Positions 19,537-29,033 of a DNA stretch of 64,000 bases are shown here, piece by piece. Below the pieces are notes generated by a model that saw only the letters and a program-made list of their open reading frames with translations, was not told the origin of the DNA and ran no database searches. Every line of letters starts with the position of its first letter. The first letter of the stretch is position 1. The position numbers were made by a program, and so were the translations under genes. Origin of the DNA: Halobacteriovoraceae bacterium (GTDB lineage Bacteria > Bdellovibrionota > Bacteriovoracia > Bacteriovoracales > Bacteriovoracaceae); assembly GCA_963719505.1 (NCBI GenBank), contig CAVRCF010000001.1, forward strand, positions 544,001 to 608,000. Reading direction: 5' to 3'.

Positions 19537-20257
19537 GCTTATTATTTTTATTTCTCTATTGGCTTTAAATTGTTTCTCTAGCATTCATAATAAATCAGAA
19601 AAAGAGGTTTTTGACACTATTGACTGCAAGGCGGAAGTTTCTAATCAGTTAGTACAATGGAATAGTTTGAGTGATTGGACTAGGCACTTTGTTGATAAAA
19701 AGACGATAAAGTTTATGTCACCGACAAAAGAAATTGGAAGATGGGTTGAGATCTATTTTGGTAAGATTAATAATGAAATGAAATTGGTTACACCTACAGA
19801 GCTGCTAGTCGTTAAATTTGGAAAAAACTGTGAAAAGAAAGTCTACCTAAAAAAATCAGATAGGGTTGTCAATGGAAATGAATTCTCTGATGGAGACTTG
19901 GCGAATTTAGTAGAATCAAATAAAAATGGAATCATTTATACATTTGGCCCTCAAATGCCTTTGTCTCTAGATGGGATAAAAGAGATTAGAGCTGCAGCTA
20001 AAAAATCTGGCTTAAAACTCACTCTTTTATTGCCTTCAAAAAGTTCAATGAAAGAATTAAAAGAGCTTTTAAAGAAAAAGAAAATAGAAGTTGATAGCCT
20101 TGTGGTGTCAAACTCTATGGAGCTATCCTATAGGGGAGCTTTTCTGCATCTGCCTTCAGTGCTGACTTATCATAATAAACAACTTGCTCGCCGAGCAAGA
20201 CCTGGACATGAAAAATCATATTACTATGAAAAATATCTAGAAAAGGAGATGAAGTGA
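19529..20257 (+). CDS. Secreted hypothetical protein, possible thioredoxin-like C-terminal domain without CxxC
   Basis: Signal peptide; IIYTFGPQMPLS...HLPSVL pattern; overlaps both neighbours. Confidence 0.6.
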   Translation: MIKLIIFISLLALNCFSSIHNKSEKEVFDTIDCKAEVSNQLVQWNSLSDWTRHFVDKKTIKFMSPTKEIGRWVEIYFGKINNEMKLVTPTELLVVKFGKNCEKKVYLKKSDRVVNGNEFSDGDLANLVESNKNGIIYTFGPQMPLSLDGIKEIRAAAKKSGLKLTLLLPSKSSMKELKELLKKKKIEVDSLVVSNSMELSYRGAFLHLPSVLTYHNKQLARRARPGHEKSYYYEKYLEKEMK

Positions 20258-22002
20258 AAAGGTTTTCAATTACCCTCTTTCTTTTTTGTTCAACCGTCTT
20301 TGCTCAAGATTTTTGTGAACTCGCTGTAAATAAACCAATAAAAAGTGTAATGCTCCCAGGAGCGCCAAGTTGGTTTATCAGTGCAAACCCAGATGGTAAG
20401 TCTGTCGGTGTTATAATGAATGGCGAAAATAGAATGTTTTCAATGGATGAAGTTGATGAAAATGGTGAGCCCAAAATGATAAACGTTCCTGGTGACGTTG
20501 ATCCAGTGTATTCACCTGATAGTTGGTTTTTTACAAGTCCAGGAAAATTTTATGACGCTGAGGTTATCCCTGAGATGCTTTCCAACGAAGAGAATGCTGA
20601 AAGTTTAGAAAGATTGGGTGATACATCCCTTCATAGCGTTTACCAGTCAATTGGTGTTCTTAAAACCGATAGTAAAACTAAGGCTGAGTATATTTACATT
20701 GCGGATCCGAATTCGGTTCAAGACAATATATTCGGATATTTAGAATACTCTATTATGTCTGCGACGAGAAACCCTACAACAAAAGAAAAAACTTTAAAAG
20801 AAGTTGATAAAGGAATTTTGTGTAAAGGCTTTGTCGGTCATACACCTATGATTTCCTCTGATGGAAAATACCTTTCTATTATTAATGATGAAACGATGAC
20901 AACTCAGATTTTAAAAGTTGATACAAGTAAAGGGACATGTAGCCTTATGGTCGACCTAGGTGTTCCTACGGGTAAAGTTTCATTTAATATGAGTGAGGAT
21001 CCTAGAAAGATTACTTTTCACGTGGATAAGCACAATACTACGATTGATTGGTTTGAGGGGATTCCCTACAATATGTCTAAAGATACCTACGTAATGGATT
21101 TTGATGTTCAAAACGATGGAACAAAAGATGAAAAGTGGGATATTGCTAGCCTTCAACGAATTTCAAATAATAATGAAACAGGGACAGGGGTCTACTACCC
21201 ACGATTCACCAGAGATGGTGATATTATCGCTATTAAAAATGCTGGTGATAATTACTATTTAGAAAAGTATGACCTTAGTAATGGAACTGATGCTTCTTTT
21301 GATAGAAACCTTTTATACCCTGTCTCAAAAGAAGTTTATAGTTGTGAATCTCCTGAGTTTCAAAAGTTTGCGGCGGTCTATGGACTAGCTAGTATTTATG
21401 CTGAAATTTGTGAGGACAATCAAAACTCTATTCGGGAAAAGGATGCTGTGCTAACCGTTTTAGCCATGGATAAAGACAATTGTGAAAGTTTAGTTAACAA
21501 GTACTTTGAATCAGGATCTGGAAAGATCGATTCGAGCAAAGTAAAAAATTTGAGTGAGAATAAAAGAAGATCAATCGAATCGATAACAAAAGAAGAGATG
21601 CTTGGGGTGTGCCCTGAAAGTAAAGCAAAAGATAAAGATGTTGATACATTAGTTGTCTCCAATACAGTGGTGGCCGATACCCCTGAAAATGCTTTCAGAA
21701 GAAACTGCTCAGGCTGTCACTTACCAGATGAGACCAGTGGAGGTTACTCCTTTCTGACTGACGACGGGTCGATTAATAATGGAAGTGGTTCTGTAAATGG
21801 TCTCAACGCTAACTCAGCTTGGAAATCAGTGAATCTTATGCTGAATAACGATTCAATTAATCAGATGCCACCAAATGGTCATCAAATGTCTGAAAAAGAT
21901 CTTCGGAATACAGTTGAATATCTTAAATCTCAGTTGTCAGATAATGCACAAATCAAAGCAGTCGAAAAACTTTTAGGAAAAAAGATTAGAGACGAATACT
22001 AA
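20254..22002 (+). CDS. Secreted beta-propeller-like protein with a C-terminal cytochrome c domain
   Basis: Signal peptide (VFA); PD40/TolB-like blade motifs (SANPDGK, PVYSPDS, PMISSDGK, PRFTRDG); CSGCH...MPP. Confidence 0.72.
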   Translation: MKRFSITLFLFCSTVFAQDFCELAVNKPIKSVMLPGAPSWFISANPDGKSVGVIMNGENRMFSMDEVDENGEPKMINVPGDVDPVYSPDSWFFTSPGKFYDAEVIPEMLSNEENAESLERLGDTSLHSVYQSIGVLKTDSKTKAEYIYIADPNSVQDNIFGYLEYSIMSATRNPTTKEKTLKEVDKGILCKGFVGHTPMISSDGKYLSIINDETMTTQILKVDTSKGTCSLMVDLGVPTGKVSFNMSEDPRKITFHVDKHNTTIDWFEGIPYNMSKDTYVMDFDVQNDGTKDEKWDIASLQRISNNNETGTGVYYPRFTRDGDIIAIKNAGDNYYLEKYDLSNGTDASFDRNLLYPVSKEVYSCESPEFQKFAAVYGLASIYAEICEDNQNSIREKDAVLTVLAMDKDNCESLVNKYFESGSGKIDSSKVKNLSENKRRSIESITKEEMLGVCPESKAKDKDVDTLVVSNTVVADTPENAFRRNCSGCHLPDETSGGYSFLTDDGSINNGSGSVNGLNANSAWKSVNLMLNNDSINQMPPNGHQMSEKDLRNTVEYLKSQLSDNAQIKAVEKLLGKKIRDEY

Positions 22003-22011
22003 GGATATAAA

Positions 22012-22734
22012 ATGAAGTTTTTATTTATGACGGTTTTACTCTCATCCTCATCGGTTGTAACCGCCCAAGAAAATGACTTTACACCAAAGTTTGGAAGCTT
22101 TAATGGCCACCATATCTCCTCCTTTGAACCTTGTGTTCATAGAGAGCAAAGAGGCGGCTGGTATGATCACTGCTTCTTTAACATGGAAGGGACCAACAGT
22201 TTTGGAGATAAGGTGTCTCCTGAAGCCAAGGAATGTGGAGTTGAGGCAAACAAAAGACTTCATAATTGGCTTAATACAAAGGGCAGCGATGTAGAAAATG
22301 CTATGTCAGTCCTTGAAAGAGTTCATGGGAGTAAATCGATCTATATTATTGTGACAGATACTATGGGGACGACCATTCCAGGGCAATCCAGAGAATCGTC
22401 TAGTTTATGGACATGGTCAGGAACAGGTGAAGGTTCAAACGGTCGTGGACATTACTTTAAGTTTAATATTGGTATCTCTAAAACTGGTAAGTGCTCTATA
22501 CCAACAGAAGATGAAATGCTCTCTACAATTAGAGGATGGGTTGGAGAAGAGAAGTTTGACCTAGAGCTTAGCAATATAGTTGCAGGGGCTTCTGAATCGG
22601 TTCCTGTCAGCGTTGAGGATTCACCTCGTACATTTCTTCAAAAAATCTTTGGAACAAAAGAGAGCAGGGCTGAGAAGCGCGAGGCAAGACAACAGCGTAG
22701 AGAGCTTCGTAGACAAGGTGTTCGAGATAATTAA
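22012..22734 (+). CDS. Secreted hypothetical protein
   Basis: Signal peptide, four Cys and a charged C-terminal tail ending GVRDN. Confidence 0.7.
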   Translation: MKFLFMTVLLSSSSVVTAQENDFTPKFGSFNGHHISSFEPCVHREQRGGWYDHCFFNMEGTNSFGDKVSPEAKECGVEANKRLHNWLNTKGSDVENAMSVLERVHGSKSIYIIVTDTMGTTIPGQSRESSSLWTWSGTGEGSNGRGHYFKFNIGISKTGKCSIPTEDEMLSTIRGWVGEEKFDLELSNIVAGASESVPVSVEDSPRTFLQKIFGTKESRAEKREARQQRRELRRQGVRDN

Positions 22735-22757
22735 GTTAAAATAATGAATAAAAAATA

Positions 22758-22784
22758 GACAGTGACTAAAGTCTGGTCACTGTC
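22758..22784. promoter_or_regulatory. Inverted repeat upstream of a sigma54 promoter (candidate activator site)
   Basis: GACAGTGAC-N9-GTCACTGTC. Confidence 0.45.
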
Positions 22785-22819
22785 ATCACACAAAATCAAG
22801 CATTTATACCTTTCTTTTT

Positions 22820-22836
22820 TTGGCACGTTTCTCGCA
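22820..22836 (+). promoter_or_regulatory. Sigma54 promoter
   Basis: TTGGCAC-GTTTC-TCGCA with exact GG-N10-GC spacing. Confidence 0.75.
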
Positions 22837-22871
22837 TATACTAGTGTAAGAGAAATAACAGGAGAGAGATT

Positions 22872-23054
22872 ATGAAATCACTATTTTTAACAGCAATTTT
22901 GGCATTAACATTTTCAACAGTGGCTAGCGCCTTTGAAACAAGTGGAGTTGAATGTCCAGCACTTGCAGAGTCAAACAAAAGAGAAGGTAAAGTTGTCGCT
23001 GAAACTTCAACTGCATCTAATGAAACACAAGTATCTAACGTAACAGAAGAATAA
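22872..23054 (+). CDS. Small secreted peptide, paralog 1
   Basis: SD AGGAG, Sec signal (ASA) and the core GVECPALAESNKREGKV shared with paralog 2. Confidence 0.85.
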   Translation: MKSLFLTAILALTFSTVASAFETSGVECPALAESNKREGKVVAETSTASNETQVSNVTEE

Positions 23055-23102
23055 AAGTTACCTGGTGATTTTTTCACCAAGTATTCTTCCCTTTCCCAAA
23101 AT

Positions 23103-23135
23103 AGACCACGTTTTCCCCGACGTGGTCTTTTTTTT
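23103..23135 (+). terminator. Intrinsic terminator
   Basis: AGACCACGT-N8-ACGTGGTCT followed by a T run. Confidence 0.8.
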
Positions 23136-23195
23136 ACACTGTCAAATTTTTACTCAACCATTTATCGTAAAAACGAGGTGTTAGCCCTGTAAATC

Positions 23196-23212
23196 TTGGC
23201 ATGTTGCTTGCT
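23196..23212 (+). promoter_or_regulatory. Sigma54 promoter
   Basis: TTGGCAT-GTTGC-TTGCT with exact GG-N10-GC spacing. Confidence 0.8.
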
Positions 23213-23245
23213 TATATATAAGTAAGAAAAACAAAGGGAGAGATT

Positions 23246-23425
23246 ATGAAAGCATTATTTTTAACAGCAATTTTAACATTAACAATTTCGAGCGTTGCTC
23301 AAGCATTTGAAGTTCAAGGCGTAGAGTGTCCAGCACTTGCAGAGTCAAACAAAAGAGAAGGTAAAGTTATTAACGAAACATCTTCTACAGTAAAAGCTGA
23401 GACAATAGACGTTATTGGAAACTAG
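23246..23425 (+). CDS. Small secreted peptide, paralog 2 (59 aa, absent from the ORF track)
   Basis: Manual translation MKALFLTAILTLTISSVAQAFEVQGVECPALAESNKREGKVINETSSTVKAETIDVIGN; SD GGGAG. Confidence 0.85.
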   Translation: MKALFLTAILTLTISSVAQAFEVQGVECPALAESNKREGKVINETSSTVKAETIDVIGN

Positions 23426-23862
23426 TAAGCCTGTCCTTCAGGCTTTTTAGCTCCTGGGGGATTAGACCCAAAGAGAGACTTTACATACAGAGACATCGCC
23501 ATGATTTCTTTATCTGTTAAGGTTTTCTCAAAAGCTCGCATACCTTTACTAGGTATTCCATATCTAATGATCTTATAGATATCTTGTGTAGAGCCTTTTC
23601 CGTAAATCCAAAACTTGTCCGTCAAGTTTGGACCAACTAAGCCTCCGCCTTTATACCCATGACATGAATTGCAATGTCTTGAATAGAGCTTTTCTGTTTT
23701 GGCCATAAGCGCAGTATCTTCGCGAACACTCTTGAATTGACCAATATTAAAATCATTTTGATTATCAAAATCAATCTCTTGAACAGGCGCTTGTTTAAAG
23801 CATGAACTACTTATTAATAATATTATCCAAAGCTTTCTTTTCTGAATGATGAAGTTCTTCAC
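23422..23862 (-). CDS. Mono-haem cytochrome c (CcoP C-terminal-like), possible lipoprotein
   Basis: CNSCH, GPNLTDKFWIYG and GMRAF motifs. Confidence 0.85.
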   Translation of the reverse strand: MKNFIIQKRKLWIILLISSSCFKQAPVQEIDFDNQNDFNIGQFKSVREDTALMAKTEKLYSRHCNSCHGYKGGGLVGPNLTDKFWIYGKGSTQDIYKIIRYGIPSKGMRAFEKTLTDKEIMAMSLYVKSLFGSNPPGAKKPEGQAY

Positions 23863-24142
23863 TAGTCTTCCCGTTTTGTCTTATTCGTTGTCTTCTTTTC
23901 TTTAGGATGGCGCTTTGTTTACTTTTAACACTGTCACTGCCTGAGAAGAGATTATTACTTATCTGTTTTGTCTTTTTTACTGTGTTATCAACACTTTTTG
24001 AAAAAGAGCTTTTTATGTCACTCCCCAAAGGTCCGGTGAATCCAGAAATATGCTGAAAGAGAGGTTTATTTGAAATGGGAATTGATAAAACAATAAAGCT
24101 TATAACAAACGCGATGGTTGACTTAAAAATTATTCCTAACAT
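23807..24142 (-). CDS. Hypothetical membrane-anchored basic protein
   Basis: N-terminal TM segment from the ATG at 24142; basic C-terminus. Confidence 0.6.
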   Translation of the reverse strand: MLGIIFKSTIAFVISFIVLSIPISNKPLFQHISGFTGPLGSDIKSSFSKSVDNTVKKTKQISNNLFSGSDSVKSKQSAILKKRRQRIRQNGKTSEELHHSEKKALDNIINK

Positions 24143-24143
24143 A

Positions 24144-24548
24144 TTAAACCTCTTTAGCTTCAAGTGGATTTGCATAAAAATGCACCTTACAATTATAAGA
24201 ATCAGTAAGGGTATAAAGTTCATATTCTAAATGGGTCGCGATTTTGTAGTCTGCCTGGTCGACATCTTTTATCAAAGAGAGAGGAGGTTCAAGCTCGCAA
24301 AAAAGGTCACTTTCAGTTTCTAAATTAGTGAGAAGCTGCCCTAGAAGAATATTCATACTCTCTACGAACAAAGAAAAGTCGACTTGCTTGGATGTTTCAC
24401 ACACCACAAAACCACAAAGCTCACCTTTGATGGGAAATAGAATACTATTGATATTAGAGATCTGCTGCTTCTGAGGACTTTCGGCTGCTAATTTCAGGAC
24501 CGCCTGACCGTACACGTTAATGTTTGAAGGGGACGAGCTAGAAATCAT
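24144..24548 (-). CDS. CheX/CheC-like phosphatase-fold protein
   Basis: ExxN motif (ESMNILLG), upstream GELCG strand and downstream PP; adjacent to a receiver protein. Confidence 0.55.
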   Translation of the reverse strand: MISSSSPSNINVYGQAVLKLAAESPQKQQISNINSILFPIKGELCGFVVCETSKQVDFSLFVESMNILLGQLLTNLETESDLFCELEPPLSLIKDVDQADYKIATHLEYELYTLTDSYNCKVHFYANPLEAKEV

Positions 24549-24938
24549 CTAAACCTCTTCCATATTTGAAATAAGCTTTTCAATAGAATTAATTAAAGTC
24601 TCTTTGGTGAAAGGCTTTTGAAGAAAGTCTGAAGCCCCAGAACTGATGGCATCAATGACAATATTCTCCTGCGCCAAGGATGAGATCATGATAATGAGAA
24701 CATCTTTGAAGTTTTCAGAGATCTTTTTAGCGAGTTCAAATCCACTCATGCCGGGCATAACAATATCAATTATTGCAATATCGGGTGCTCTTTCGTTCAA
24801 AGAGTTTATGGCCTCTGCACCGTCGGCAGCCTCTCCAATTATTGAGTATCTTTGAGAATCCAGCATTTGTGAAATACTCGTCCTCGAAAAATCTGAATCA
24901 TCTACAATAAGAATTTTATAGGTTTTTTCTGCATCCAT
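24549..24938 (-). CDS. Single-domain response regulator (CheY-like)
   Basis: ILIVDD, DIVMPGMSG, ISS and KPF motifs; SD GGAG before the ATG at 24938. Confidence 0.92.
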   Translation of the reverse strand: MDAEKTYKILIVDDSDFSRTSISQMLDSQRYSIIGEAADGAEAINSLNERAPDIAIIDIVMPGMSGFELAKKISENFKDVLIIMISSLAQENIVIDAISSGASDFLQKPFTKETLINSIEKLISNMEEV

Positions 24939-24992
24939 GCATTTGTCTCCGTTGTAACTATAGTGTAACGCAAAAGATTGGATGGTGAAAAT

Positions 24993-25018
24993 AAAAAAGG
25001 GACCCATTCGGATCCCTT
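24993..25018 (-). terminator. Intrinsic terminator after lon
   Basis: Minus strand AAGGGATCC-GAAT-GGGTCCCTTTTTT. Confidence 0.75.
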
Positions 25019-25055
25019 CTATATTGATTAAACCGTGTGATTAAATCAGTTTTCT

Positions 25056-27475
25056 TTAGGCAGCAATTTGAGAGCCACCTTTTGCAGTCGTGTTTGTTGT
25101 CGTTGTTGGTTTTTCTTTTTGAGGTTCCCAGTCAAGTAATGCAACCTCTAAAACCTCTCTAAAATTCCTTACAGGAACAAAGTTAATCTTCTTTCTGTAT
25201 TCTTCTGGAATATCAGCGAGATCCTTTTGATTTTTCCAAGGAATGATAATCGTATCAATTCCACATCTCATGGCAGCGAGAGCTTTCTCTTTAACACCAC
25301 CCACTGGTAAAACTTTTCCAGTCAAAGTGATCTCACCTGTCATAGCAATATCTTTACTAATAAAGGAGTTGGTTAAGAGTGACACAATCGTGGTCGCAAG
25401 AGTGATACCAGCACTTGGTCCATCTTTAGGAATTGCACCAGCTGGTAGGTGAATATGGATTTCATTTTCATCAAAGATGTCCTCATTTATTCCAAGCATC
25501 GCCGCGTTACTTCTAATATATCCCATAGCTGCTTGAGCTGATTCCTTCATAACATCACCAAGTTGACCAGTAAGAGTGATTCCTCTTCCTTTCATCTTAG
25601 TTGCTTCAATAAAGAGAATTTCTCCGCCGACTGCTGTCCAAGCTAGACCTGTTGCTACTCCGACTTCATCAAATTCTTTTACATCTTCTTTTGAGTAATG
25701 AGCAGGTCCTAAAAGTGTCTCCACCATATCAGACATAATGTGTGTTTTATCTGTTTCACCAGTTGCAATTTTCTTTGCAACTTTTCTACAAAGTGAGCCA
25801 ATTTGTCTCTCAAGATTTCTAAGTCCCGCTTCTCTTGTAAAGCCATCAATTACTTTCTTTACACCTTCTTCGTGAAACTCAACGTGATCGTTTGTTATAC
25901 CATTTTCATCCATTTGTTTCGGAATGAGATATCTCTTTGATATTTCCAGTTTTTCTTCTTGGCTGTACCCACTAAGATTAATCACTTCCATTCTATCTCT
26001 TAGACGGTCCAGGAATGTTTTCAAGCACGTTTGCTGTTGCGACAAACATGACATCAGATAGATCGTAAGGAACATTTAAATAATGATCTCTAAACTCAGA
26101 ATTTTGTTCTGGATCTAAGACTTCTAGTAAGGCACTTGAAGGATCACCCTTATAGTCAGAACCCATTTTATCTAATTCATCGAGCATGATAACTGGATTT
26201 CTTGTTTTTGCTTGCTTCATCGCTTGAATAAATCTTCCAGGCATCGCACCAACATAGGTTCTTCTATGACCACTAATCTCAGACTCATCTTTAACACCAC
26301 CAAGACTAATTCTTACGAATTCTCGTCCTGTAGCTTTGGCAATCGATTTTCCAAGACTTGTTTTCCCAACTCCTGGAGGTCCAGAAAAACAAAGGATAGG
26401 ACCTTTAACTTTTCCACCTTTAAGAGATCTAACTGCTAGATGCTCTAGAATTCTTTCTTTAATTTTTTTAAGGTCAAAATGATCTTTATCTAAAACTGTT
26501 TTCGCATAGGCCAAGTCTGTTTTCTCTTCGCTAACTTCATTCCAAGGAATGTCAATCATCCACTCTATATAACTTCTAAGGATACTTGACTCTGATGAAT
26601 CTGGATGCATTCTCTCTAATCTTCCCAATTGCTTTAAAGTTTCTTTTTCAGATTCTTCTGGCATTTGTTTAGCTAGGAGCTTCTCTTTAATTTCAGCAAA
26701 CTCATCTTGAGCTTGATCGTCGTCATCAAGTTCTGTTTTCATTTGCTTTGATTTGCTCTCTTAAAAAATATTCTTTTTGAGTCTTTGATATTTCTTCTTT
26801 TGCATTAGATTTTAATTTGTTCTTGAACAGCAATTATTTCTAACTCTCTTCAAGAATTTCATTTATTGTGTTGAGCTTTTCAACGGGGTCAAGAGTTTCA
26901 AGTATCTGTTGTGCTTCTTGAACTTTTAAGTTTAAATTTGAAGCCACGATGTCAGCTAGTCTTCCAGGGTCTTGTATATCTTCTAAGACCATTAAAATAT
27001 CTGGTGATAAAACTTTTCCCGTGTTGATAACTTTTTCAAGATTTTCTCTTACACTTCTCATAAGAGCTTCGACAGTTCTTTTTGTTTGGGTCGACTCTAC
27101 GGCTTCAACTTTTTCAACTTTTACTTTGAAAAACGGCTCTGTACCTTCAAAGCTTGTAATTCGTGCTTTAGCCAATCCTTGAATGAGGATTTTAATTCTT
27201 CCATCGGGAAGCTTTCTCATTCTCACAATCATTGCAATTGTACCCATTTCATAAATCTCAGCTGGACTTGGGTTTTCAGCATGAATATCCTTTTGACTTG
27301 ATAAGAGAATCAATCTATCGGTATTATTCAAAGCTTCTTCAACTGCTTTGATGGAAGACTCTCTTCCTACAAATAGGGGTAAAATCATGAATGGATAGAC
27401 TACAATGTCTCTAATCGGCAGGAGAGGGAGTGTTTCTTTGAAATCAATATCTTCACCCTCGTAATTTGTAACCAT
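25056..27475 (-). CDS. lon: ATP-dependent protease La (apparent frameshifts near 26000 and 26750-26850)
   Basis: LPLLPIRD N-domain, GPPGVGKT Walker A, LDELDK Walker B, PKDGPSAG catalytic Ser and GGVKEK Lys, spread over three ORF pieces. Confidence 0.95.
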
Positions 27476-27534
27476 AACGTGTTCCTCCACTTATTATTTG
27501 AACGCTTTTTTAACAAATCCTTTTGCTATTTTAT

Positions 27535-27562
27535 TTTTCGGGATAAATCGCTGTAACCTTTA
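27535..27562 (-). promoter_or_regulatory. Sigma28-type promoter of lon
   Basis: Minus strand TAAAG-N15-CCCGAAAA. Confidence 0.55.
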
Positions 27563-27645
27563 AGCTTTTTTAGTCTTTTTCTTTTTTTTATTTCCATCTA
27601 AGTGGTAATATAAGGACGAATTACTTGATATTTAAGGATAATTTA

Positions 27646-29022
27646 ATGACTGACAAAACTAGTATAGTAATCCTCGCCGCTGGCAAGGGAACTCGCTTGA
27701 AGATGGATATACCTAAGCCTTTAGCGCCTTTGGAAGAGAGAACATTGGTCGATTTCGTGCTCGATGCAGCCTCAGGGTTCGGTGAAGTTACTTTAATCAC
27801 TGGTTATAAAAGAGAGCAAGTCGAAAGCCACATGGAAAAGCATTGGGGAGACTTAAAATATAATATTGTTCATCAAAAAGAACAGCTTGGAACCGGTCAC
27901 GCTGTCAGAACTTACTTTGACAATTTTACTTCTGCTGATGACTTTAAATATACAATTGTGGCATGTGCTGACACACCCCTTTTGACTAAAGAGACTTTTG
28001 AGTCTTTAACTCAGGAAATAGAAAAAGGCTTCGACGCTGTTTGTGCTTCATTTATAGATAATAATCCCACCGGCTATGGCAGAATTGTTCGAGCAAAACA
28101 AGGATTTAAAATTGTAGAGGAGAAAGATGCTACTGAAGCAGAAAAGGCTGTAACTGAAGTTAATTCTGGTCTTTATATTTTTAATACCGCTTACCTTAAG
28201 AAAAATATTTATGGCCTTGATACTAATAATAACTCTGGTGAGTTTTACTTAACAGATACGTGTAAAGTTGATGCGAACGTTAAAGCCTTAACCTTTTATG
28301 ACAAAGACCTTTTCCTGGGTGTGAATGATCTTTATCAATTGTCAGTTGCAGGGATAAGATTGAGAAAAAGAAATATGATGACCATTCTCAAAGCAGGTGT
28401 TCAGGTCATGGATCCAAGCCATACCTTTATTAGTACGACTAACGTAGGTGTGGGCTCATTTATATACCCAAACGTTCATATTGATTCCAAATCAACTATT
28501 GGAAAAAACGTTGTGATTGAGCCTGGCTGCTTTATAAGGAACTCGATAATAGAAGACGGTGTACATTTAAAAGCCTATACCTATATTACGGACTCAATCG
28601 TGAGAAAAAATGCGAAAGTGGGACCAATGAGTCAACTTCGTCCCGGTGCAGATATAGGTGAGTCTGCAAAGCTTGGTAATTTTGTTGAAGTTAAGAAGTC
28701 CACCATTGCTAAAAACTCAAGTGTCAGCCATCTCAGCTATCTCGGTGATGCACAAATTGGCGAAAATGTTAATATTGGCTGCGGCTTTATAACCTGTAAC
28801 TTCGATGGCGCAAACAAACATATGACTATCATTGGGGACGGATCTTTTATAGGATCTGACTGTCAAATGGTTGCCCCTGTTACTATCGGAAAAGAAGCCT
28901 ATATTGGAAGTGGATCAACAATAAATAAAGACGTACCAGATGGGGCATTTGCTATCGCCAGGCAGAGGCAAGTGACAAAAGAAAATATGGCGAAAAAATT
29001 TATTAAAACTAAAAATAAATAA
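27646..29022 (+). CDS. glmU: Bifunctional UDP-GlcNAc pyrophosphorylase/acetyltransferase
   Basis: ILAAGKGTR, QLGTGHAV, GYGRIVR, GNFVEVK and HLSYLGDA motifs; hexapeptide repeats. Confidence 0.97.
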   Translation: MTDKTSIVILAAGKGTRLKMDIPKPLAPLEERTLVDFVLDAASGFGEVTLITGYKREQVESHMEKHWGDLKYNIVHQKEQLGTGHAVRTYFDNFTSADDFKYTIVACADTPLLTKETFESLTQEIEKGFDAVCASFIDNNPTGYGRIVRAKQGFKIVEEKDATEAEKAVTEVNSGLYIFNTAYLKKNIYGLDTNNNSGEFYLTDTCKVDANVKALTFYDKDLFLGVNDLYQLSVAGIRLRKRNMMTILKAGVQVMDPSHTFISTTNVGVGSFIYPNVHIDSKSTIGKNVVIEPGCFIRNSIIEDGVHLKAYTYITDSIVRKNAKVGPMSQLRPGADIGESAKLGNFVEVKKSTIAKNSSVSHLSYLGDAQIGENVNIGCGFITCNFDGANKHMTIIGDGSFIGSDCQMVAPVTIGKEAYIGSGSTINKDVPDGAFAIARQRQVTKENMAKKFIKTKNK

Positions 29023-29033
29023 AAGGAAAATCT

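Noticed and set aside
22841-23080. 79 aa minus-strand ORF
   Set aside because: It is the antisense shadow of the plus-strand peptide gene, which has a promoter, SD, signal peptide and paralog
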